Origin: Lama glama
Taxonomy: Eukaryota
Length of the DNA stretch: 64,000 nt
Assembly (NCBI GenBank): GCA_028534125.1
Contig: CM052816.1
Coordinates: 4,900,001 to 4,964,000, forward strand
Reading direction: 5' to 3'
Under the pieces are notes generated by a model. That model made no database searches. It was not told the origin of the DNA and was given only the letters and a program-made list of their open reading frames with translations. The position numbers were made by a program, and so were the translations under genes. Of this stretch, positions 39,539 to 50,599 are shown piece after piece (the stretch's first letter is position 1; each line of letters starts with the position of its first letter).

Positions 39539-41305
39539 TATCCTCAAATTTTTAAAAAAGATACTTGTAATCCTGACAAAACACTGAGAAAAAAGAAAGC
39601 AACTGTTTACAAAAAAAGGGGAGAGTTATTCAATCATCCTTTTCAAAAACTAGAGCTTAACACGTACTTTGGGCAGATACAATGACTAAGGGGACTTTCT
39701 AAAGATAAACTGAAGTCTCAGTAAATAAATCTACCACAGGAAATAAATTAAGTGGCAAGGTTAGAGGTCAGAAGGCCTGGTTAAATATCACTGCTATTAA
39801 TTAACCTACACGGCAAAATTAGGTAAAGTTACATTACAATGTAACGTGTAAAACAGTTATTCAAATGAGGTAAAAGTAAGTCTAAATTATGAAATGTCTA
39901 AACCAGTAACTTTTAAACAAGTTAATTTATTTTTAACTGCACATAATAACGCAAGTAACAAAAAAAAAGTCATCTAACTAAAGCTCTAGAATCTCATGGG
40001 ATCCACATTAGTGACTCATAAGGATCACGCATTATCAGTATGTCAATTAATCCACAAATTAAAAACATGCCTCTTATAGAAATGACTGTTCAAATAGTTT
40101 TGATACAGTCTCAGGACACTTTCAATTTATTTAACATAGGTTTCTTCAAAGATACCATAAAGTAAAGCCCAATTTAACAAGTTTTGACTATTACAAAGAA
40201 AGCCTTTTCATTTCTCTCTGGCTCACTTTCTTCACCATGATGAAGCCACTTGTGAGATAAAGTCCACATATGAATCTACACTGTCTGGAAACTGGTGCTA
40301 GCTAAACTAGGAAGATAGTCTTAAAAATAACAGGACTAATCTAAATTGGTGACATTCATTTTAACTTACCGCTATCAGATTTACACACTGCTCCATTCAC
40401 CATGATTTGTTTAACAGCATATTCTAAATGATGAAGATCAGAATGAGGTAGAGTGATAAACACTACCTGGCCCTCTTTTAAACAAGAGATAAAACTGGTT
40501 TTTTAAATGTCTGCAGCTAGCAGGCTGGAAAGCCTAGGGGCCGCTGCACATAATGGCACAGTGTATAAACTATGTGGCTAAGTGAGCAAACTACTCCCTG
40601 CTAGTAAACAAGGTATTTATGAAGGGCATTAATATTTCAGTCATAACAGTCATGTATAACTGACACATCAGTATCAATTTACCAAATACTATTTAAAGTC
40701 AGAAAATGTTAATGTATTTTCCAAGTCTTAATTTGTCCCAAAAAAGGATTATTCCTTCAAACAAAAATCTGTGCAAAACAGAGAAATTGGGTTTCTCCAA
40801 AGTGCCTACATAAAATCAAACCAAATGTCTTCATACAGGCACTAAGGAGTATATAGACGCAAAAAGGTTAACCAAAATGTTCCAGTAAATTACAGTATAT
40901 AACAAATGATCCAATCAGCACTGTTCTTCATTTGCTAGGGTTAAATAGATGATCTACTGCTAACTAAATGAATTTTGCTATTTGGGATGCAGCCTGAAGT
41001 ACGTTTGTTTTAACATCCAAAAAGACTAGTACTACAAAATAAAAATTTTGCTTTTAGATTCTAGACCTGACAGATACTGTTATGATTTCTTAGTTTCCAA
41101 TTAATACCTAAGTCCAAGGAGCTCAAGACAGAAGAAAGCTCATTAATTACAGAAAATATTTTATTTATGATATTTGTAAAAAGGTATAACTTTTTCTAAA
41201 TTTTGGTTGATTACAAAAGGGAGTCAACACTTAGCACCAATTCTGGGACAAATCAAACTTCTAAGATCTTATGGCATAAAAAAGTATGAAAATTTAAGTT
41301 TGTTT

Positions 41306-43712
41306 TCAGATGGCTTCACAGATGAATCCTACCAAACATTTAAAGAAGAGTTAACACCTATCCTGAAACTATTCCAAAAAATTGCAGAGGAAGGAACACT
41401 TCCAAACTCATTCTATGAAGCCATCTTCACCATGATACCAAAATCAGATAAAGCTAACACAAAAAAGAAATTTACAGGCCAATATCACTTACGAATATAG
41501 ATGCAAAAATTCTCAACAAAATACTAGCAAATGGACTCCAACAACGCATTAAAAGGATCATACACCATGATCAAGTGGGATTTATCCTAGGCATGCAAAA
41601 ATTTTTCAATATCAGCAAATAAATCAATGTGAAAAACCACATTAACAAATTGAAGAATAAAAACCATATGATCATCAATAGGCGTAGAAAAAGCTTTTGC
41701 TAAAATTCAACATCCGTTTATGATAAAACCTCTCCAGAAAGTGGGCACAGACAGAATATACCTCAACATAATAAAGCCATATATGACAAACCCACAGCTA
41801 ACGTCCTACTTAATGGGTAAAAGCTGAAAGCATTTCCTCTAAGCAGGAGCAAGACAAGGATGTCCACCCTTGCCACTTTTATTCAACGTACTTTGGGAAG
41901 TCCTAGCCATGGCAATCAGAGAAGAAAAAGAAATAAAAAGAATCCAAATTGGAAATGAAAAAGTAACTGTCACCGTTTGCAGATGGCATAATGCTGCACA
42001 TAGAAAACTCTCAAGAAGCGACCAGAAAACTACTAGAATTCATCAACAAATTTGGTAAAGTTGCAGGATACAAAATTAATATACACAATTCAGTTGTATT
42101 TCTAACAATGAAATAGCAGAAAAAGAAATAAAGGAAACAATACCATTTACCACCACACCGAAAAGAATAAAATACCTAGGAATAAACCCACCTGAGGACG
42201 CCAAAGACCTGTTCTCTGAAAACTATAAGACAGTTATGAAAGAAACTGAAGACAAGGGGAGAGGGTATAGCTCAAGCGGTAGAGTGCATGCTTAGCATGC
42301 ATGAGGTCCTGGGTTCAATGCCCAGGACCTCCCCTAAAAATAAATAAACATAATTACTTCTTCCCCCAAAATAAAAAAAAAATTAAAAATAATAAATAAG
42401 AAACTGAAGATGACATAAACAAATGGAAAGATATACCATGTTCTTGGATTAGAAGAATCAATATTGTTAAAATGGCCACACTACCCCAAGGCAATATACA
42501 GATTCAATGCAATCCCTATCAAATCACCAATGGCAGTTTTTAAAGAGCTGGAACCAAAAAATGTTAAAATTTGTAAGGAAACACAAAATATAGCCAAATT
42601 GCCTAAACAATCTTGAAAAAAGAAAAACAGAGCTAGGGGAATTATGCTCCCTGACTTCAGGCTATACTACAAAGTTACATTAATCAAAAGAGTACTGTAC
42701 TGACACAAAAACAGACCACAGATCAATGGAACAGGAAAGACTGTCAGGAAATAAACTCACACACTAATGGTCAATTAATCTACAACAAAGGAGGTAAGAA
42801 TATACAATAGAAAAAAGACAGTCTCTTCAATAAGTGGTGCTGGGAAAGTGGACAGCTACCTGTAAGAGGCTGTAATTAGAACATTTCTAACATGATATAC
42901 AAAAATAAACTCAAAATGGATTAAAGACAGATAATATAAAACTCCTAGAGGAAGACATAGGCAGAATACTCTTGGACATAAATCACAGCAACATATTTTT
43001 TTGAACCAGCTCCTGGAGTAATGGAAATAAAAGCAAAAACAAACAAACGGATCTAATTGAACTTAAAAGCTTCTGCACAGCTAAGGATACCATCAACAAA
43101 ACGAAAAGACAACTTACAGAGTAGGAGAAAATATTTGTAAATAATGCGACCGACAAGGGGCTAATTTCCAAAATATACAAACAGCTCATACAACTTAATA
43201 TCAAAAAACAAGCAACCCAATCAAAAAATGGGCAGAAGACCTAAATAGACATCTCTCCAAAGAAGACATACAGATGGCCAATAAGCCTGTGAAAAGATGC
43301 TCAACGTCACTAATTGTTAAGAGAAATGCAAATCAAATCTACAATGAGATAACACCTCACACCAGTCAGAATGGCCATCATTAAAAAGCCCACAAATGAA
43401 AAATGCTGGAGAAGGTATGGAGAAAAAGGAACCCTTCTATACTGTTGGTGGGAACGTAAATTGGTGAAGCCACATGGAGGACAGTATGGAGGTTCCTTAA
43501 AAAACTAAAAACAGACTTACCATATGATCCAGCAATCCCACTCCTGGGCATATACCCACAGAAAAATATAATTCAAAAAGACACATCCGCCCCTATGTTC
43601 ACAGCAGCACTATTTACAAAAGCCAAGACATGGAAGCAACCCAAATGTCCATCAACAGATTACTAGATAAAGAAGATGTGATATATATATATACACACAC
43701 ACACATATACAT

Positions 43713-43755
<43 letters not shown>

Positions 43756-44178
43756 GGAATACTACTCAGCCACAAAAATGAAATAAAATAATGCCATTTG
43801 CAGCAACATGGATGAACATGGAGATTATTATTCTAAGTGAAGTAAGCAAAACAGAGAAAGAAAAATGCCATATGATATTGCTTATATGTGGAATCTAAAA
43901 AAAGGACACAAAGGAACTTACCTACAAAACAGAAACAGACTCACAGACATAGAGAGCAAACTCACGGTTATCCGGGGTAATACAGGAAGTGGGAAGGGAC
44001 AAATTGGGAATTTGAAAATTGCACCTCTTGGGGAGTGATGGAAATGTTAGCTATCTTGATTGTGGTGGTGGTTTCATTGGTATATAAACATCTATCAAAA
44101 TTCATCAAATTGTACATTTGAAATATGTGCAGTTTACTGTACAGGAACCGTACCACAATAAAGGTGTTAAGAAAAAAT
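41306..44178 (+). mobile_element. 5'-truncated L1 (~2.9 kb; decayed ORF2 RT to 3'UTR), antisense in MRPL22 intron 3
   Basis: [38 protein letters not shown] is L1 ORF2; the RT motif has decayed to FADGI (about 41976); many frameshifts and stops; contains a SINE and an AT/CA microsatellite (43681-43752). Confidence 0.95.
42256..42397 (+). mobile_element. Camelid tRNA-derived SINE nested in L1 ORF2
   Basis: ggggagagggtatagctcaagcggtagagtgcatgcttagcatgcatgaggtcctgggttcaat; TSD aagaaactgaagacaa / aagaaactgaagatga. Confidence 0.92.
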
Positions 44179-45199
44179 ATTTGTTTAAACTATCAGAATC
44201 TCTTTTTCTTCTTAGTTCCCAAACATCTGGGAGGTCTGTAAATAAAAAAATTAACTCCCTTAAATAAGAAAAAAAAAGAAAAAAAACCCATAAAACTATG
44301 TTAATTCAGACTAGTATCTAGACAGCAATTGAATTTTAATGAAATGCATGCCATCAAGTTCATAGAAAACCTAAGCAAATGACATTACTTAGATGATACT
44401 GTCTAGTAGCGTTAAATTCCAAAGGCCATTAAAAGATGTTTGCTGAACTGACTTATAATTAACCCAATTGTTCTATTTCTAAAGTACTTATCACAGTCTA
44501 TTTTAAGGATTCAAATGTTCCCATCCTGTTTATGCTATTATTACTTATTTAAACTTTTTAACCAATGTGTATGCATCCCAGAGAAAATTTACATTAGGCT
44601 AGAAATGAGTCTTTTATCTCAGACTAGAGCAATCTCTAGCAGTGTGGTGAACATAAAAGGATTCTGAGCAGCTAAAGATAAAACTCTAGAAGAAAAAAGA
44701 TATCTCTGGAAGGAATCTAATGATTAAATTCAAACCTCAGCTTCAAATTTTTGTGAAATACAAAAGAAAAGAAAGAAAAATCCCACAACCAAGAGTGTCT
44801 ATGTTAAAATATAAAATACTGAAAAACCGTATATATGATTTAAATACTGGCCAATGGTTTAAGCCACTCTTGTCAACTTCTCATGCTCCATTATCAAGAA
44901 TCCATTATCAAGCCTCTGGGAGTCAAAAAATCAAACTCAATCCCAAGCTATTAGCTTAGTTTTAGAGTTAAGGTCCCTATCCAGGAGGTTATGTCAAAGG
45001 CAAGCAAATAAGTCAAAGATGATCTTTTTAAACTACCAAAATGATAAATCTAGAACATTTTCTGTATCAATTAAAGGATCAAGTAAATTGCTATATAATT
45101 CTTTCTTTTCTCAACATGGAAAAATAAACCATTGCTTTATTGAGTGAGAGTAAGAGCACTTTATCAAAACCAAGGGATTATTTCTCCCCACAAACTTAC

Positions 45200-45335
45200 A
45201 GCTGGTCTCCGAGGTTCTCCAGGCAATTGTGGAGGATAAACAATTTTATTCTTCTTCTCCCATTTTCGAGATATTTCAAGAGACGTACTTGTGTGGATAT
45301 GTGATTGGGGTAAAATGTTGTGAGCTGAAAGAAAC
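45200..45335 (-). CDS. MRPL22: MRPL22 coding exon 3
   Basis: tttacag|G then [45 protein letters not shown]|gtaag; 136 nt. The acceptor is inferred as the nearest in-frame AG (45336-45337). Confidence 0.9.
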
Positions 45336-46037
45336 CTGTAAAACAATGGATACTCAGAATCTTTTCCAGAGCTTATTTATCTTTCTGAGCAACATGACCT
45401 CAATTTTGATGGGAAATATTTAAGGATCACAAGTGGAAACATTCTACATGTATTCATTAACAGAGACCATTATTACATAAAAAACCACAAAGAGCTAGTT
45501 TGTTGAAGGCTAAGAAGAGTGAAAAGTTAGTAATTCACATAAGTCAAATAATAAACAGGTATTAACCCAAGATCTCTTGCCCAAACTGGCCAATAAAATT
45601 TATTTTTTAGAGATTTTCCCACTACATATATATATAAATATATATATATTTATATTTATATATATACACACACACACTCACATTTTTAATTGCGGTATAG
45701 TTGATACACAATATTACATAAAATTTAAGTGTACAACATAGTGATTCATAATTTTTAAAGGTTACATTCCATTTGAGAGAGCCCAGAAATAAACCCACAC
45801 ACCTACAGTCAATTAATATTTCACAAAGGAGGCAAGAATGGACAATGGAGAAAAGACAATCTCTTCAATAAGTGTTGCTGTGAAAGCTGGACAGCTGCAT
45901 GTAAATCAATGAAATTAGAACACTCTCTTACACCATACACAAAGATAAACTCAAAATGGCTTAAAGACTTAAACATAAGACAGGACACCATAAATCTAGA
46001 AGAGAACATAGGCAAAACATTCTCTAACATCAATCTT

Positions 46038-46167
46038 TTTTTTTTTTTTTGCCAGGGGGGAGGTAATTAGGTTTATTCATTTATTTATTTACTGGAGGGA
46101 CTGGGGACTGAACCCAAGACCACGTGCATGCTAAGCACGCACTCTACCACTGAGCTATACCCTCCCC
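46038..46167 (-). mobile_element. Camelid tRNA-derived SINE nested in L1
   Basis: Poly-T plus gtgcatgctaagcacgcactctaccactgagctataccctcccc; TSD ctctaacatcaatctt / ctctaatataaatctt. Confidence 0.9.
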
Positions 46168-46884
46168 TCTAATATAAATCTTAGCAATGTTTTCCTAGGT
46201 CAGTCTATCAATACAATAGAAATAAAAGCAAAAATTTTTTAATGGGACCAAATTAAACTTAAACGCTTTTGCACAGCAAAGGAACTATAAACAGAATGAA
46301 AAGACAACTCATGGATGGGAGAAAATATCTGCAAACGATGCAACTGACAACGGTTTAATTTCCAGAATATACAAACAGCTTGTACAACTCAGTAAAAAAA
46401 AAAAGTGAACAACCCAATCGAAAAATGGGCAGAAGACCTACACAGATATTTTTCCAGTGAAGACATACAGATGGCCAACAGGCACAAGAAAAGATGCTTA
46501 ATATCACTAATTATCAGAGAAATGAAAATCAAAACTACAATGAGGTATCACCTCAAACCAGTCAGAATGGCCATCGTTAAAAAGTCCACAAATAAATGCT
46601 GGAGAGGGTATGGAGAAAAGAGAACCCTCTTACAATGTTGGTAGGAATGTAATCTGGTGCAGCTGCTACGGAAAACAGTATAGAGGTTACTTAAAAAACC
46701 AACAAAATAAAAAGAGTTACCGTATGACCCAGTAATCCTACTCCTGGGCATATATTAGAGAAAACTCTAACTCAAAAAGATGTATGCACTCCAATGATCA
46801 CAGCAGCACTATTTACAGCAGCCAAGGCATGGAGGCAACTTAAATGTTCATCAACACATGAATGGATAAAGAAGTTGTAGTAGC

Positions 46885-47014
46885 AGGGGAGGGTATAGAT
46901 CAGTGGTAGAGTACATGCCTAGCATGCACAAGGTCCTGGGTTCAATCCCCAGCACCTCCATTAAAAAAATAATAATAATTAGATAAACCTAATAACCTCC
47001 ACCTCCCCCCGACA
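46885..47014 (+). mobile_element. Camelid tRNA-derived SINE nested in L1
   Basis: ggggagggtatagatcagtggtagagtacatgcctagcatgcacaaggtcctgggttcaatccccagc; TSD aaagaagttgtagta (46868-46882) / aaagaagctgtagta (47015-47029). Confidence 0.9.
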
Positions 47015-50000
47015 AAAGAAGCTGTAGTATATATACACAATGGACTACTACTCAGCCATAAAAAAAATGAAATGCCTTTTGCAGCAACATGGATGGACCT
47101 GGAGATCATCATACTAAGTAAAGTATGTCAGAAAAAGAAAGGCACAATATGATATTACTTATATGTGGAATCTAAAAAAAAGACACAAATGAACTTATTT
47201 ATAAAACAGAAAGAGACTCACAGACATAGAAAACAAACTTATAATTACCAAAGGGGAAGAAGGAAAGGGATAAATTTGGAGTTTGGGATTTGCAAATACA
47301 AACTACTGTATATAAAACAAACTAGGTCCTACTGTATAGACAGGGAACTATTTTCAATATCCTGTAATAACCTATGATGAAAAAGAATACATATGTATAA
47401 ATGTATAATTGAATCACTATGCTGCCCACCAGAAACTAACGCAACAATGTAAATCAACTATACTTCAATTAAAAATTTTAAAAAGTGAAAATAAAAATAA
47501 AAAAACGTAAAAAACAACTGCTTCCCCCCACTGCCTTAGTATTTTGTTCTTGTCACTCATGCAGCAATGAGTTGGACTACTCCTTTACTATAGTTAGTTG
47601 GGTGTAGAAAAATGAGTTCCCCTAGTAAGTATATAGATTTCAGCACCTTGAGGGCAAGTATGGCATCCTTTGTACTCGAGCACCAAGGACAGTATCTGGT
47701 AAATAGATACCGAGTAAATATTTAACCCAGACTTAAATATTTGAAGTTGTTGTATACTGGCAGATTCTCACACAATATATGCTACTAGCTTATATACTTG
47801 GCAAAGCCTTTGTTTTTAATCCTCAAATCATTCAGGCTAAAGAATTTAAAAAATCTATTCTTCTTCTAGTGGCTCATTTCTCCTACTCTACACCTCAAGC
47901 TCACTGATGAATGCCATCAAAATACCTGACAAAATCCTTTGCCATCCACATTTAGTTTCCACTATTTTAACTGAAAAGCACAAAACTAGAATACATGATA
48001 TTAGAGGGCAGAATTTCCTAATAAAACCATAAGCCAGGTGATGAGGGCAGAGACTATGGAGTCAAATAGACCTGATCTAAATCCTAACTCTAATACTAGG
48101 TGAACAGCCTTGGGGAAGTCACATAACTTTCTAGATCTCAGTTTTGTTATCAGTAAATGGAGCAATAATAATTACCTCATAGGCTTTCTCAGAAGCTCAA
48201 ATGAGGTATTGTAAGTTAAATACTTAATCTGACACATATTATGGCTCAATAAATTTTAGAATGAGAAGAACAATACCTACTTTATTCTGTTAGTGGTGGA
48301 TAAATAATTACTGCACACCACCCTACAGAACCTAGCACATGATGAACACTGATAACTAGTATTAATTTTACACAGGACTTCTGAGCAGGTCATCTTTCCT
48401 GTTGTCCAAAAATAAACAAACACCATGAACTGTAAACTTCATGTTAGACAATTTTAAACCATCTCATGTTTATAACCATGGTCATTTGTTTCTATGAAGT
48501 TGTACTTTGTTGATGCACTAAGTTTGTCAACTCCTGGAACCTCATTTTCTGTATCTATGAGAAAGGGAATTTGAGTACTTCATCTCCAGGGTCTCTCAGA
48601 ACCTTAATCCTATATCTAATTTCAAGGTTGACAACATGATTACAAAAATAAGAATGCCTTGGCTTTTATTTAATTCTTCTTCAATGAAACCACTACTATA
48701 CTGAACAGTCTGAAAGACTGCTTGAGGGTGAGGTCGATGCTTTCTGTATCCCCCATGTCTAACACAGTGTCTTACACTCCTCAAATCCTCAATACACATT
48801 CAGTGAATTAAATACAATGCTTAATAAATTAAATACATTATGACTGAATAATGATAAAGCTTTCTGAATACTTGTAATTCTTTCAGGGCTCAAATGCTTC
48901 ATAAAATGTATTATCAAGCAAATAGTAAACAACTGTAATCTAGTTAAATTAAAATATTATTCCAAATGAGGTACTTAATTCAGAACTGTATTGAAGCAAA
49001 AAGTTTTTAGGTGCCCTCTCCTGGCCAACTGTGGGAATAACACTGAATTAAAGCAGGAACCGATCCTAAGGTCCAATTGAAAATAGAACTAATTCAAAAC
49101 TTAAGGCTTTTATGAGAACTTTTTATGTAAGAAAGCCCATGAAGAGTCACTAGAGAAAACAAATTCAAGAAAAGGAAGCTGGTAGAATTAACCTATGATA
49201 GCATGGGTTATTGCTAGGATCCATTTCCTTCCGTAAAACTGTTTTCTAACAAATATTAAATTTTAAGTCTGCCTAGAGCTCTAGCTTACTGTTAGCATTC
49301 TAAAGAATGAAAATGAGTTAAAATCTTTAAAAAAAAAAAAAAGCAAGTAAACAAAAACACTGAAAAGCAACGAGGATCAACTTTTATCATTTTGAAATTC
49401 AAGTATCACTACTGATATTTACTTCCTTCCATTTACTAGAAAACCCAAACCCCTTTAGCTTCTATCACTGTAAATTGAGTGAAGGAAGGCAGGCATGAAC
49501 CAACATTCCAGAGTGCTTGTACACAACACATACACACAGGTACCCAGAGTACAGTGAGACTGCCAGAGTTCACGAAGAAAGTAGACGATATACTGGAATT
49601 AGCACATGAATTCCCTTTCTCTCATTATTCTGCTGTTTACTATCTACCAGTACCTGAGGATTAAGTTTAAGTACCACTTTTCAAATCCTGCCCATAGTCA
49701 TTAGGCACTAAAGAGAAGCAAATACAAGCCAAATTTTAGGATTAAGAGTTAACTCAGATAAGGCAGAGTATCTGAAACTTTCTAAAGTTAAAATCTGATA
49801 GAATACTTCCTCTTTGTTACTCAGAGTTCATTCTGAAATTTAGTACAAGGTATACCCAAATCCCAAGTGAAGATAATACTGGCCTCAGGCTCAATCTTAA
49901 GAAAATCATGTTCTTAGATGCATCAAGGTAAAAAAATTCTTTGTTCCATATTTACTTCCGATAACATTAAATTAATCCCACACTTGAGACTGAATAAAAG

Positions 50001-50174
50001 AACATCCTCCCTCTTGCCTCAATTAAAATCTAAAATAAAAGGCTGAAGTGATGTGTACAGTCTCATAACACAATATAGTTTTACTTTGCAAAAGTCAAGG
50101 ACAATCCAACAAGGAAACAAAACTTTAGCAAACAAAAAAAGTGAAATCCCAGCAACTTTGGGCTATGATAAGCT

Positions 50175-50402
50175 CAGAGTTTTTCGATCTCTGCACTACT
50201 GACATTTTAGGCAGATCATTTCTTGTTGTAAGGTTTGTCCTGTGCCTTCCTCATAGGATGTTCAGTAGTGTCCCCCACCTCTACCCACTAGATGCCAGCA
50301 GCACCTTCTGTCTGAGTTGTAACAACCAAAAATGTCTCCAGAATTGCCATATGTCACCTGGGGCAAGGTATATGGCAAAATTACTCCCAACTGGAAGTCA
50401 CT
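50175..50402 (+). mobile_element. MER20-like hAT DNA transposon
   Basis: gcactactgacattttaggcagatcatttcttgttg...ctctacccactagatgccagcagcacc...caaccaaaaatgtctccaga. Confidence 0.8.
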
Positions 50403-50599
50403 ATTAACTAAAGTAGCAGCTAAAAAAATTGAAAACAAAAAACAGCTAATTTTTGCAGACTACTGAGCATGACCTCTCTGTTCCAAAAGGCTGCTGTTAC
50501 CATGCTATACACATGTGGATGGTTAACAAGCCAGATTTTCTCACTCCGTAATCAAAGATGACTAAATGCCTAAATTTTACATTCTTATTCATAAACCCC

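Larger units (their letters stand above)
45775..47505 (+). mobile_element. 5'-truncated L1 with standard artiodactyl-type tail, antisense in MRPL22 intron 2
   Basis: ORF2 C-terminal peptide [26 protein letters not shown]...[15 protein letters not shown]; the 3'UTR ends aaatcaactatacttcaattaaaaa. Confidence 0.93.

Noticed and set aside
42256..42335. tRNA gene (tRNA-Ala-like head with A/B boxes)
   Set aside because: It has an A-rich tail and a TSD, and six diverged copies occur in the window, so it is a SINE and not a functional tRNA.
41207..43204. Reverse-transcriptase-like ORFs as a novel RT system
   Set aside because: They are frameshifted, stop-ridden fragments of ordinary L1 ORF2 with a decayed catalytic motif; the minus-strand ORFs are antisense L1 shadows.
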